Shown in pieces: positions 33,501 through 43,051 of a stretch of 64,000 nucleotides of DNA. A program made the translations under genes and the position numbers. Location: the IMG/VR virus record IMGVR_UViG_3300025362_000006, one strand, 5' to 3'. The notes below the pieces were generated by a model that saw nothing but the letters and a program-made list of their open reading frames with translations, ran no database searches and was not told where the DNA came from. Source of the DNA: an uncultured virus (IMG/VR IMGVR_UViG_3300025362_000006) (lineage: Duplodnaviria > Heunggongvirae > Uroviricota > Caudoviricetes). Within the stretch, counting starts at the first letter, position 1. Each line of letters begins with the position of its first letter.

Positions 33501-36500
33501 TTGATTATGATGATTGGAGTAAAACAACTAAAGATAGATTATTAGAAATTCAAAAATCTAAAGAAACTACACGGTCTAATGTTGTGACCGCACCGAAAAC
33601 TGAAAAAGAAGTTTTACCTGTTAAGACTAAACAAATACCTGTGTCTGTTCCAAGAGGACCTGGTGCTATGTCATTACCAGAAGTTAATCACCCAGTTATT
33701 TCTAACCCAGTATCTACAAAAAAAGTTTTACAGACTAAATCAGTACCTGGACCACCGGATCGTTCGTTTGCAAGAGGTGGTATACTACCAGAGGGATTAA
33801 GTCTTATTGGTGAAGGTTCTTCTGGAAAAATAAGTGAACATGCTGAAGCAGCATTTACAGGAGTTAACCCAAGATCAGGTAAAGAAAAAACAACTATATT
33901 CCCTGCTGAATTGACAAGTAGAATGGGTATAACTAATGAAAATATGTCCAGCATTTTTGGAGATACTTCAAACATTCATGATAATTATGAATTTATTTCT
34001 GACATAGCGGAACTTGCAGGTACTGGAGTTAACTATATTGGAAAATCAAAATCAGTTGCGAAAGAGTTAAGTTCAAAAATAGTTAATATGTTTTCTAAAC
34101 GTGGTCTTAAGATGTTTGGGAAAAAAGTACCTGGTTTGGGAGCATTAATAGGTATTTATTCTGCATATGAAAAGTTTCAAGAAGGAGATAATGTTGGAGC
34201 AATGATGGAGATTGCTTCTGGATTAACTTCTTTTCTTCCAATCATTGGTACTGCGGCTGGTACCGCTATTGATATTGCTTCGATGGTAAGAGAAAGTAAA
34301 CGGGCTTCAAACGAAGCTGAAATTACTTCTGGTGGGGCTATTCCTGCATTTGAAAAAGGTGGTAAACTAAAACCTGGATTAAATATTGTTGGTGAAAAAG
34401 GTCCTGAAGCAGCATATGTAGACCCAAAGAAAAAAGATGTTCAAATTTACAATGCAGGACAAGCACAATCTAAATTTGGAATTGATGTTAATGATTCGAA
34501 TCCAAGTGTTGCTAAATTTGCTGATGGTCAAGAATCGAATAATCGACATAATAATTTATCAACTAATTTCAATTCATTATTAGATATTCGTTCAAAATTA
34601 GAACAATCAAAAACTGAATTGTCTGATATGGAAATTGAATTTCCTTCTAAACAAGTTGAACGAAGTGATGATTGGAGTCGTTGGACAGAGACAGTTTTTG
34701 ATGATCCAAAAATAGATAAACGATATGATAAACTAAGGGGTTCAATTCACGATTATAATAAAAGTTATAAAATAAAATTGAATAGATTATTTAAATTAGA
34801 TCCGAATCCTCCAAAAAGTTATAGTGAATTGTCTGGATATAGTTTATATCCAAATGAGATGAAAATATTCGATGAACAATTTGGAAAATTTGATCTATTT
34901 AATAATCAACAACAACAATGGTTCAAAACTACTTTATTTGACCTCCGTAAACAAAGGTTTTCTGAATTAGTAAAAAATGAAGAAACTCAACTTCCAACAC
35001 TAGATGAATCTGGGGTAGTTTCAGCTCCAAAAACTCAAGAAGAAGTTCAATCTGTCCCACAATCAAGGGCAGGAGCTAGAAAACGACTAATAGATAAACG
35101 AAAAGCAGCATTAATGAAATTAATGCCTAAGTCTACTCTTAAACCTGGAGAATCTGGAACAAGTTCATTTGAAGGCACTGTTTATAAACAACCTGGTCAG
35201 ACTGATTTTGATATGACAAAGGTTCAACCAGATACTACTATTTCTTCTAAACCAACTTGGACTTCTTCTAGAGGTATACCTGATCTTTCCTTTCTCCATG
35301 ATGAAAGTTCAACTAATTATGACTCTTCTGTTATTGGAAATTCTATGCATCCTACTCAACCTAATGCTCCTGGAGCATATGACACAGTAAAAGATGTAGC
35401 AGGTAAAGGATTTGATACTGCTAAGATACTTGGTACATCAGCTTATGATAAAGCAAAAGATTTAGGAAGTAAGGCAAAAGATTCTATCGTTGCTAATGCT
35501 CCTGGAGCATATGACACAGTAAAAGATGTAGCAGGTAAAGGATTTGATACTGCTAAGATACTTGGTACATCAGCTTATGATAAAGCAAAAGATTTAGGAA
35601 GTAAGGCAAAAGATTCTATCGTTGCTAATGCTCCTGGAGCATATGACACAGTAAAAGATGTAGCAGGTAAAGGATTTGATACTGCTAAGATACTTGGTAC
35701 ATCAGCTTATGATAAAGCAAAAGGACTAATTTCTGGAGACGATTCTACTTCATCTGAAATTCCTGTCATTGGAAACGCTATGCATCCTACTCAACCTAAT
35801 GCTGTCGGTCATGCAATGCATCCTACTCAACCTAAGAAATTTAAAGGTAAATTTGATGCAATGTCATTTGCTGGATCGTTTGCTTCTCAACTTACTGGAT
35901 TACTTGGTAGAGCAGGTAAAATGGCAGCTAAATTTGCTATTGGTGGTGTGCTTGGTGAAGACACATATGATAAAGTTGCTTCTGTGCTTTCTGGAGACGA
36001 TAAGAAACCAATTAAACCAGATACTGATAATTTAGATAGCCCTATTTGGGATGTAGTAAAGAATCATACTATGGCAAGTGAAGGAATTGTTCTTCATAAA
36101 TATAAAGATCATTTAGGTTATGACACTATTGGTGTTGGGCATTTAATTAAGAAAGGTGAACGATTTCCAGATAAGATTAGTTCAGGTGAAGCAAGAACAA
36201 TATTCAATAAGGACTTTAGAGAGCATAAAATGATGACTTCTCGAATGCCTGGATTTGATAAATTAGATGATGTACATCAAGGTGCAATAGTTGATATGGG
36301 ATTTAATTTAGGATTTGGTTCTGAAGCGAAAGGAACTGGTCTTATGGGATTTAAAAATACTCGTAAAAAACTAGTGTCTGGTGATTTTGCTGGAGCTGCT
36401 GGAGGTATACGTGATAGTAAATATCATAAACAAGTCCCAAATAGAGCTGAACGTATTGCTAAAGTTGTTGAAACTAGTGATCCAAGCTATTTCAATTCAG

Positions 36501-37114
36501 ACAAACCTCAAATCATTGCAAGACATGGGGCATTTACTGGCAAAGGTATTTCTGAGATGCTCAGTTCAAAGAAAACTATGCTTGCTGACAAAGCTAATCA
36601 AATGTTCAGTAATGTGTCCTCTAAAATAGAGGATGGGGCAAGAGGATTAGGTTTCACAGGTAAAGGTACTGCACCTATTTCTGCAACACTTCATCCAAAT
36701 GAATTTGTGTTTGGTAAAGGACAATTTGAAGGTTTGATGAGTAAGATTGTTGATGATACTAATGCTCAAATAGGTAAAAATCTTGATTTAAAACGAATGG
36801 ATATCTCAAATATTTTATCCAAAGCTAAAGAATTTGAGAAAGTTCAAAATGAAAATATTAAAGAGACTGCAAAGAAAGAAACTGATATACAAACTAAAGC
36901 AGCTAATCCTGCTCCACCAGTTATTGTAAATAATAACAACAATACCCAGGCAGCTCCACCACAGAATAATAGACAAGAAGCAGAAGGACAGTTTACAGAA
37001 ATTGATAATTCATTAGATAAAATGGTTTATAATTTATTTAATGCTTCTACAAACTCATTAATAACATTTATTAATGATTCTGTTTTTTCAAATAATGCTT
37101 CATTTGATTTTTAA
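27524..37114 (+). CDS. tape measure-like protein with C-terminal T4-type lysozyme (GH24) domain
   Basis: 3196 aa; Gly/Ala-rich hydrophobic and periodic helical repeats; EGIVLHKYKDHLGYDTIGVGHLI and SKYHKQVPNRA lysozyme motifs. Confidence 0.85.
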   Translation: MSTTNQKKNQSNSYLLKNQLEKANLNQNTPENQTTNLQYLEQRQQEQDRRNQEQLQYEQQQQNAPNVQDQADRIHSQSKQVKRGKVLNESDARKRQLKMNELSASKGYMAASMGASYVKQAGRTAENMGLGSVGGALLGSTGGFYQGGMKSISNAGRVNKRMEMAKHAKELGATGTTKRATSLINDTMRMSYSANLMKGLMGGQIAPTSSMKGSMVGGINSMFGAGGGAPVAIASAAGPGAGQAGIGSAIAGAGNAAATGAGSMISPGMAATVGLAALSMGSSMAANKKLRKLMVTKKTPGELERKYAKGSNLDSFYKSLRAQEQITPQQQLQYILLSYIEGHTSVLPELLSLNQQTSEGKDKAGKQLDGKYTKQTGISDDPDVLKHDSLLTTLENTLNLMITKYDPISQLTSFILTGSTPKKILEDIEKGKGLSKKELSEKDDSAHRLGISTDQFRLLGINSASLIAGLPSYEVKMLALASASYDMNRLIAQESATIRKHGLGVDHNSFNSPISKTGLFGKLENVVNLIPGLSAGYNVIKDTLLLPKKGAEFMKGLFKGGMNTIFGKDFLRHKDQKELDKDLGFDKSAQVKATEYTAEGLPTHMEKVRTLAAQQLDIQYNIFDVLTKQYNLTHEQTTGKKSEYGYTQKMDNDVLQERTWDSFEQKMLTGEGLEKALEKRQVMYQLQRDKDFKKSGINKLTMAGTLGLAGLVNIDRKQSLVDKITPGSIDTKKEKEQNIRSTIKDDTHVKEVDLETERKRATADVTKEIMLPLMSAMGLLTAVATGGVSAIVAGGGATALGSGVGGLLEINNENRRDKLLSELEEKNLGREAIEGRGITSIDDETKKRSNLANKTTSASSMGLSSPTLTSIIDKDKIVPDKIQVLHEMIDDRFGEVVDLFISPIQVENLSILSRLTAIKDRLTSPIGVDIKSFTSSLVRPIKKGFDRVVSKLNSKLKVDVKSNVFGDYKLKIPKDSSSILPGSGAADSYAEIKAAAGGGVLVGENGPEYIKDNKYVYNADQAKSKLGLDLHSLASDPNVRKLAGGGTLPSADDLKSAEAKPENNVVSIASKMKEDKEEKKYTEEQKIQNKILSNSDETYKLLTDIEKNTRKKNEKKKDGIFSKVLAGLAALLSGGGLAALLTGGAALAAFFGTGGKVGTKAVAGIAGRMMTKILAGIGKIFKKSGPELLETIFEKIGKNFTKMWPTALKALGVGKGFFTDLITHSWSFVKSGIKKLMPDMFDNIGAKLAGLGGKAAKIFKKLPGSTGIFKKLGSGLLEKIGLKGVAKMGMKGAGKLISKLIPGLGLLVGGYFAVQRALKGEWLEAAVELGSGIASLVPGFGTALSLSADVWLAFRDSKKETVVDGGPGSRTGAKKEKVDGPGLLNKMGTFITEGFAKVGNWILDKVYATPFIGGFIESFVTGVKNTFFDVVDTVKDATVEDGKLKPDWLGSLATTIWDGFGEFKDKIFEGIYKLPIIGGAIKSLITGVDNVMFATTEFAKDIGKSVDGGQFKPGWMSRLWTTVSEGFGKVKTVILGEIYKLPVIGGVIKSLVTGTENVMFATTELVKGIGSAVDDGQFKPGWPGRLWTTVKEGFGNVKDAIFDGIYKLPFIGSFIESSVTGVKNTFFATQDFVNETNEKISNFSISDTFHSIKDSLVTKSSDFFGKIPFIGSYLKDRILGKETNIQETLTNIKTEVNNKAKNFSVSDTFTNIKEKYIEFAATMFNSVPIIGSFIKNFIMGKDTNLQEELKLANIDAKDTAKSFSITNTFTNIKEKYIEIYTTLFKSIPIIGSFISNFLIGKETNVQEELKLANIDAKDTAKNFSISDTFHSIKLLVIEKAAGFFGKIPLIGSWLSNGMLGLDPSFKNELDQIKLDQVKQSPQFKLADILNDMISGIRKAAAIKASSIPLVGAVIANKLYPEGDFDEDTEIVDGKIVSEPKSLSKIAPKNILKKLENRGVVDINNMILGDRSTIADNQWDTISELSTPQLQSVIDYDDWSKTTKDRLLEIQKSKETTRSNVVTAPKTEKEVLPVKTKQIPVSVPRGPGAMSLPEVNHPVISNPVSTKKVLQTKSVPGPPDRSFARGGILPEGLSLIGEGSSGKISEHAEAAFTGVNPRSGKEKTTIFPAELTSRMGITNENMSSIFGDTSNIHDNYEFISDIAELAGTGVNYIGKSKSVAKELSSKIVNMFSKRGLKMFGKKVPGLGALIGIYSAYEKFQEGDNVGAMMEIASGLTSFLPIIGTAAGTAIDIASMVRESKRASNEAEITSGGAIPAFEKGGKLKPGLNIVGEKGPEAAYVDPKKKDVQIYNAGQAQSKFGIDVNDSNPSVAKFADGQESNNRHNNLSTNFNSLLDIRSKLEQSKTELSDMEIEFPSKQVERSDDWSRWTETVFDDPKIDKRYDKLRGSIHDYNKSYKIKLNRLFKLDPNPPKSYSELSGYSLYPNEMKIFDEQFGKFDLFNNQQQQWFKTTLFDLRKQRFSELVKNEETQLPTLDESGVVSAPKTQEEVQSVPQSRAGARKRLIDKRKAALMKLMPKSTLKPGESGTSSFEGTVYKQPGQTDFDMTKVQPDTTISSKPTWTSSRGIPDLSFLHDESSTNYDSSVIGNSMHPTQPNAPGAYDTVKDVAGKGFDTAKILGTSAYDKAKDLGSKAKDSIVANAPGAYDTVKDVAGKGFDTAKILGTSAYDKAKDLGSKAKDSIVANAPGAYDTVKDVAGKGFDTAKILGTSAYDKAKGLISGDDSTSSEIPVIGNAMHPTQPNAVGHAMHPTQPKKFKGKFDAMSFAGSFASQLTGLLGRAGKMAAKFAIGGVLGEDTYDKVASVLSGDDKKPIKPDTDNLDSPIWDVVKNHTMASEGIVLHKYKDHLGYDTIGVGHLIKKGERFPDKISSGEARTIFNKDFREHKMMTSRMPGFDKLDDVHQGAIVDMGFNLGFGSEAKGTGLMGFKNTRKKLVSGDFAGAAGGIRDSKYHKQVPNRAERIAKVVETSDPSYFNSDKPQIIARHGAFTGKGISEMLSSKKTMLADKANQMFSNVSSKIEDGARGLGFTGKGTAPISATLHPNEFVFGKGQFEGLMSKIVDDTNAQIGKNLDLKRMDISNILSKAKEFEKVQNENIKETAKKETDIQTKAANPAPPVIVNNNNNTQAAPPQNNRQEAEGQFTEIDNSLDKMVYNLFNASTNSLITFINDSVFSNNASFDF
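35363..35723 (+). repeat. 132-bp coding tandem repeat x~2.7 (44 aa, 11-residue periodicity)
   Basis: Identical units at 35363, 35495, 35627. Confidence 0.92.
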
Positions 37115-37194
37115 TTTAATTTTTATATTCGGCCTTGGTGAATTTTGATATTTTCATAATATTGAAATTTGCCGAGGCCAAAAAAGGTAAAAAT

Positions 37195-38472
37195 ATGGGA
37201 GACGTAATATCGGGAGCTGAACTCATCAAAATTGGAAAACCAAGTGCTTTCCATAATGATGTAGACAAAGACCACAGAGTAGGTAAATTTCTTAGATCTA
37301 GAATGAATGTAATTGATTTGCTTCCATGTTCTTACAAATTAAATTTTGCAGCAGGAATGGAAACAAGTGAAGATGCAGCGGGCCTATTACCTGAAATCGA
37401 ATATGATGCGATGGAGGATTTTAAAAAAACAGGAGTAACATATGGGTTAAATCCAGTAAGTGGAATAAGATTGTACACAACCGATTCAACAACCGCCACA
37501 GATTCAATCTCTAATACTTTGAAAGATAATTATTTTCAAAATGGGTTAAATGATCTTTCGAAAGCAATGTCCCCAGTTAAAGATTTTATGAAATCAATAG
37601 ATAGTAGTGGAACATCTTCATTAATAGAACCTTTATTATCTAGACCAAAAATAGATGCAGGTATGTCAGAAAATGATATATACAATCAAAAAATAGCATC
37701 TGCAGTACTCAACACAGGTGTGAATGTCATAGGAAAAGGACATCGAATTAGTCTTCCCTCTATCTGGAGCGATTCAACATATACTCCTAATTTCCATGCA
37801 AGAATTAAATTAGTATCTCCATATGGTCATCCAAAAGCAATTAAAGAATTTATTATCAGACCATTAATGCATTTATTAATTCTAGCTTCACCAAAAACAG
37901 AAGACGGAGTTTCATATGGTGATCCATATTGTTTAACAATTAAAGCATATGGTATGAACTATACACCAATTGGAATGATCAGTAATATGACTCTCCATAG
38001 AGGGGGTAATGATACAAGTTATAATTTATTCAGACAGCCACTTTCTGTTGATGTTGATTTAGATTTTCAATATTTAATAAATGGTTTTGCACATTATAAA
38101 CATGATAAAAACACAGCCGAGCCCGATATATTTGGTTCGACTGATCAATTTGAGTTTCTAACTAAAGCAGAAAATGCTAGTCTACCAACAGTTGGACATC
38201 TAATCAAATCATTAACACCAAGAGAACCTGAAATAGATTACACAAGTTATCGTGCAAACATGGATGCTTGTCGTAATACGAAAGAAACTGCATCTGAAGA
38301 TTCATTCTATACTTCTTTATTTGGAACAATTCCAACTAGTTCAGGTAGTCCATTAGCAAGTGTATCTGTTGCTGCTTCACAAGCTATGTCAGATAAATCT
38401 TTAATTTCAGAAACTGGTGCAAGTATTGCTGAAGCAATCATCACAGAAGCTGTCAATTCCGTATTGTCTTAA
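37195..38472 (+). CDS. putative baseplate/tail structural protein
   Basis: ATG 37195 likely start; follows tape measure. Confidence 0.65.
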   Translation: MGDVISGAELIKIGKPSAFHNDVDKDHRVGKFLRSRMNVIDLLPCSYKLNFAAGMETSEDAAGLLPEIEYDAMEDFKKTGVTYGLNPVSGIRLYTTDSTTATDSISNTLKDNYFQNGLNDLSKAMSPVKDFMKSIDSSGTSSLIEPLLSRPKIDAGMSENDIYNQKIASAVLNTGVNVIGKGHRISLPSIWSDSTYTPNFHARIKLVSPYGHPKAIKEFIIRPLMHLLILASPKTEDGVSYGDPYCLTIKAYGMNYTPIGMISNMTLHRGGNDTSYNLFRQPLSVDVDLDFQYLINGFAHYKHDKNTAEPDIFGSTDQFEFLTKAENASLPTVGHLIKSLTPREPEIDYTSYRANMDACRNTKETASEDSFYTSLFGTIPTSSGSPLASVSVAASQAMSDKSLISETGASIAEAIITEAVNSVLS

Positions 38473-38488
38473 ATGGGGATAATAATAT

Positions 38489-40243
38489 ATGCAAACAATT
38501 AACACCCAGTTCTTTAAATTCTTAAATAGTATATTCAACATTTCGGAAATAAAACTATCGGTATATGATCAATTCAATCAATATTTTAATATGTTAAGAA
38601 ATTATGAACATATTCCGATTGATTTCGATTCAACTATATCAAATTATCCAATATATCCGAATAATTATAAATATTATAATTCCCTTCAGATAACACCAAC
38701 CGATAGTTTTAGTTCACAAAAAATAATTTCAACAGCGTTGCCAAATAGTGAATATCTTAATAAATCCAATGTTGCATTAAATTTAACTACGTTAAACACA
38801 AAAATCGAAAAGATGCCAAAGAAAATTAATGATATTAATTTTTCACATTTGACTCAAAAACTATTTATCAACAATGATTATTTCAATAATTATATGTTGA
38901 CTCTTCGACAAAATGAAGTGTATGAGAATGATTATATTTTTTACGACTTACTATTTACAGAGGGTACAGATTGTGATAGTTCATACGACCAGTTAAATTT
39001 AATTCAACTATTGACAGTATATTATTCTGCATACTCTACATACACAAACTGTTATTCAATTAAAGATTCGTTGTTTTTATATTTTTATGAACTCGACAGT
39101 ACAGAACAACCAATAACTATATCAAATCTGTGTTCATCTTTTGATACTTTTTTAACAACTGTAGCCACTGTTGAAGATCCGGTATATATTGACTTAACTA
39201 AATTTATATTAAAAAATAATTTTGATATGATTATGCCTGTTGATGATATTGTGAATAGTGTAAAAAATTATATGATTACAACACAATTACCAGACTTAAC
39301 AACAACATTCACAACATTTTTAAATGATAATTATAGTAATCTATTAAAATTATTTTTCAGTTCAGCATTTAATAAATGTGATAACTTTATTTTTCATGAG
39401 GCTTTTAAGAAACTAGTCGATACATTATCTGTAAATAGATTATTAAACATTTCAGAAGAATCTCCATTAAAAACTGATTTATCTGATAAATTATGTAGTG
39501 GGTATGTTGACACTTTATTACAAGGATTGAATACATATGACCTACAGAAATATCTATTACCTATATTTCTGTCTTCTTCTGCTCCAATTAAGTTTATTAA
39601 TATTATACCACAATTCATTAAAGAGTTCATTACAGATAATTTTTTAACTGTAGATCAATATGAAGATATATTTATTGAACCTGAAGTATTTTCAGTTGTG
39701 TCGAATACATCTGATGTTATAAATCGTTCTGAATTAAATGATTTTTTCAGTTCATTAGATGTAAATGAAATATATGAAACAAGTTCATTAGGGGGGTTGA
39801 CTTCATCCCTGTTTATAACTGATATATTTCAACAATTTACAGATAGTGATAGTTTTAATACTTTTATAATAAGTATGTTGAGTGGAATTAACGATCATCT
39901 ATATTCAGAAAGATTAATTCCATATACTCAAAATTGGTATACTTGTATTGAGTTGACAAAATCATTTTTCAAATCATTTTTCATGACATATATTAATCAC
40001 CAAACAGATACTACATATACAAATCATATTTTCCCTGCTCTCCAAATACATTTAGATAATTATTTTACTGAGAATACTGTTGTTTATTCGGGGTCTTCTG
40101 AAACTGTTGATCGAATATTAACTCAACAAATAAATAATACTAAATTAACAACTGACATTTATAATTTGACAAAGAATGTTTTTTATGGCCATTTAAATAA
40201 AACAATTTATAATAAAATATTAACGTTTTATTTAAACACATAA
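38489..40243 (+). CDS. hypothetical protein
   Basis: 584-aa ORF. Confidence 0.7.
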   Translation: MQTINTQFFKFLNSIFNISEIKLSVYDQFNQYFNMLRNYEHIPIDFDSTISNYPIYPNNYKYYNSLQITPTDSFSSQKIISTALPNSEYLNKSNVALNLTTLNTKIEKMPKKINDINFSHLTQKLFINNDYFNNYMLTLRQNEVYENDYIFYDLLFTEGTDCDSSYDQLNLIQLLTVYYSAYSTYTNCYSIKDSLFLYFYELDSTEQPITISNLCSSFDTFLTTVATVEDPVYIDLTKFILKNNFDMIMPVDDIVNSVKNYMITTQLPDLTTTFTTFLNDNYSNLLKLFFSSAFNKCDNFIFHEAFKKLVDTLSVNRLLNISEESPLKTDLSDKLCSGYVDTLLQGLNTYDLQKYLLPIFLSSSAPIKFINIIPQFIKEFITDNFLTVDQYEDIFIEPEVFSVVSNTSDVINRSELNDFFSSLDVNEIYETSSLGGLTSSLFITDIFQQFTDSDSFNTFIISMLSGINDHLYSERLIPYTQNWYTCIELTKSFFKSFFMTYINHQTDTTYTNHIFPALQIHLDNYFTENTVVYSGSSETVDRILTQQINNTKLTTDIYNLTKNVFYGHLNKTIYNKILTFYLNT

Positions 40244-40345
40244 TATCATATTGAAAGTTAATATTATCACTTTTTATATATAAATAATAAAAGTATACTG
40301 TTATTATTTTATTTTATTTTTATATCAAATAGGAGGTTTAACTCT

Positions 40346-42211
40346 TTGTCAACTCTGAATACTCTCCCGGTAAAAACTAATAGTTTTAATACTGTCAATT
40401 CATTTTTAGTTAATTTCGTTTCAGATGATTTTTTTAAAGAAATCATTAACTTGTGTTTATTCCCAAGTAATTTTAGTGCATCTGCTGTCGGTGAAAACGA
40501 ATCAATGACAGCGTTTATTAGAAATTTTTTAATTGATCTTGACAAAACTGCTTCAAAAATGAAAGTAGTAAATTTAAATCAGTTAAGAAACTTGATTCAT
40601 ATGTCCAAAACAGTATTGAATGTAAGAGAGTTTGGTAATACAATTATTGATATTAATAATATTTATCAACATCTTCCTAATTTGGATGTCCCTCAACAAA
40701 ACTTACTAAACTCAATTAAAACAAATCCAATAATTATTAAAGAAGAAGACTTCAGAGTACATATTGATAGATTAGTTAACAACATTCAAATCTATTATGA
40801 AATATGTTCAATCAGTACAGGTATGATTGAGTTTGATCAATTTCTTGAATATTCAAATTCAAATTCAGTTTCTGTTTATGAAGCTGCAACTATGTATAAA
40901 GAACGAGTAATTCGACTCTATAATGATTTAAATAAACTACAAACATTAAATGCTGCTGAACATGAAAAAGATTATTTTATAATCAGTGATAAGGATTCAA
41001 CAAAAGAGTTGTCTAAAAGTATAGTTGATTATATATCAACAGGATATTCGGCATTTCAAACAGGAATGGATATTATTGATAATAATGTAGATGGTGTTGA
41101 ATCTGCAGCATTCTATTTAATCTCAGCACCGTCCAATCATGGTAAGTCTATTTGGATGGCAAATATTGCTCATAGGATTATTACTGAAAACATTCAAGAT
41201 TATGATTCAAACGATGCTATTTTAGTAGTTACTCTTGAGGACGATATTAGAAAACTAGTTAGACGACTGTGTTCAATATTTGGTAATTACCAACAAACTT
41301 CAATTAAAGCAATGTACAAACAAGGTTATCAATGTTTAAAAAGTAATGATGACCCATCAATTAAAAAACAATTTGAAGGAGTGATGAACGGAGTATTAGA
41401 AACAAGTCTGTACAGTCAGACACAAGGAAAAGTTCAACTTGTTGTAAAACATGCTCCTGAAGGTTCGTTTTCTCCTGGAGATTTAAGTAAATTTATTGAT
41501 AGACTATATGTTGAATATGGGATTAAAGTTAAATTAGCAATTGCTGATTATCTTGATGTTATGAGAACAACAGGAAAACCGACAGGAGACACATATAAAG
41601 ATCAAGGAACGGTTACACATGAATTAAGAGCATTAGGTAGATCTCATAAAATACCAATGATAACAGCTACACAGAACAATAAACAATCCGAAGACTTACG
41701 AAACAGTCAATCCAATATGAGTATTGGAGATAGTTATTTGAAAGTTCGTTATTCTGATTTTATTTTTATGTGTCGAATGGATAGCACCAAGACACCATTT
41801 GATAGTGATGTCCAACGGGATTGTTTTTCAACAAATCATTTTACTGGACAAGATCAAATTACTCCATCAATTTTAAAAATTCAAGATAAAATTAATGAAG
41901 ATTTAATTCCTTTTGAAATTAAAATTACAAAAACAAAAGAAGATGGAAAAGGTATTATTAAATATAGTCTTTTCTGTAAACAAAATTTGCGAGTATATGA
42001 TAACATTCAACATTATATCGATGACATGCCTTCACTATTATTAAAATCAGCTAAACTTGATCATGATATTAAGCTGTTGTCTGACATGACAATCAGTTGT
42101 GTCTCTGATGATTATATGCCAAATATAGTTTCAGATATTGAAGCACCTTTAAATGGGAACAGTCAAGATGATTTTAATGAGTTTATGAGCAGCATAGATA
42201 TGGCGATTTAA
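40346..42211 (+). CDS. DnaB-like replicative helicase
   Basis: Walker A APSNHGKS, VTLED, IADYLD, ITATQ, DFIF motifs; SD AGGAGG. Confidence 0.85.
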   Translation: MSTLNTLPVKTNSFNTVNSFLVNFVSDDFFKEIINLCLFPSNFSASAVGENESMTAFIRNFLIDLDKTASKMKVVNLNQLRNLIHMSKTVLNVREFGNTIIDINNIYQHLPNLDVPQQNLLNSIKTNPIIIKEEDFRVHIDRLVNNIQIYYEICSISTGMIEFDQFLEYSNSNSVSVYEAATMYKERVIRLYNDLNKLQTLNAAEHEKDYFIISDKDSTKELSKSIVDYISTGYSAFQTGMDIIDNNVDGVESAAFYLISAPSNHGKSIWMANIAHRIITENIQDYDSNDAILVVTLEDDIRKLVRRLCSIFGNYQQTSIKAMYKQGYQCLKSNDDPSIKKQFEGVMNGVLETSLYSQTQGKVQLVVKHAPEGSFSPGDLSKFIDRLYVEYGIKVKLAIADYLDVMRTTGKPTGDTYKDQGTVTHELRALGRSHKIPMITATQNNKQSEDLRNSQSNMSIGDSYLKVRYSDFIFMCRMDSTKTPFDSDVQRDCFSTNHFTGQDQITPSILKIQDKINEDLIPFEIKITKTKEDGKGIIKYSLFCKQNLRVYDNIQHYIDDMPSLLLKSAKLDHDIKLLSDMTISCVSDDYMPNIVSDIEAPLNGNSQDDFNEFMSSIDMAI

Positions 42212-42461
42212 ATATTTACTATACACTATACTAGATTCTAACTAAATCAAGTATAGTGTATAGTACCCTTTATATTTTTATCATTTTCATCTAACAATTA
42301 ACTATCAACTCTTTAACTTTCAATTAAAAAAAAATCAACAACTTATTTTTTGAACACGGGGAAAGGTTATCTAAAAATTGTATTTTTTGTATCTAAAACA
42401 CATAAATTAACAGGTGTTCACGTTCACTAATTTTTTATTTTTTATTTAAGGAGTGCTTAAA

Positions 42462-42674
42462 ATGTTAAGAACTTTTACTGACTTGGTTAATGAAACCGTT
42501 AATGAAGCCTATGAGAATGGTATTAATTTGTTTCTTGAGACATTGGAAACAGATCTTGAAAAAGATTTGTACATTAATGAACATGGTTTGGCAGAAACAC
42601 TTGAGGAATCACTCCAAGTTGGTTTTGATCCAAACACAGAAATTGTAAATGACGGAGTTACTAATATTGAGTAA
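42462..42674 (+). CDS. small acidic protein, possible prohead core
   Basis: SD AAGGAG; many xxE repeats (VNE, FLE, INE, LAE). Confidence 0.55.
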   Translation: MLRTFTDLVNETVNEAYENGINLFLETLETDLEKDLYINEHGLAETLEESLQVGFDPNTEIVNDGVTNIE

Positions 42675-43047
42675 TATTAGTATTTGGCATATTGAATTTT
42701 TATTATTAATTGTTTTATTGATCGGGTTTTTTCGTAGTTTTATGCAAAGAATTTGTTCTGATGAATATACGACATTAAACCATTTATTGACTGCATCTGT
42801 GTCGATTTATAAAGTTAATATTTATGTACCGAAACTTAATAAATTACACAACACTTATGATTTAGATGAAAACTCACAGACGAATGCTAGTAAATTGTTT
42901 AATGAAAATTCAACTAAACTATTAAACGAAAGTTGTAATGATATCATTAAACATTATTTAAATAGCCAAATACTAACTAAGTTGTATAAGTACTATTCAG
43001 AAGCTGGTATTATTATAACTATACTTTCTATTTTACAAGAGGATTGA
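42649..43047 (+). CDS. hypothetical membrane protein
   Basis: N-terminal hydrophobic helix FLLLIVLLIGFF. Confidence 0.6.
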   Translation: MTELLILSNISIWHIEFLLLIVLLIGFFRSFMQRICSDEYTTLNHLLTASVSIYKVNIYVPKLNKLHNTYDLDENSQTNASKLFNENSTKLLNESCNDIIKHYLNSQILTKLYKYYSEAGIIITILSILQED

Positions 43048-43051
43048 TATT

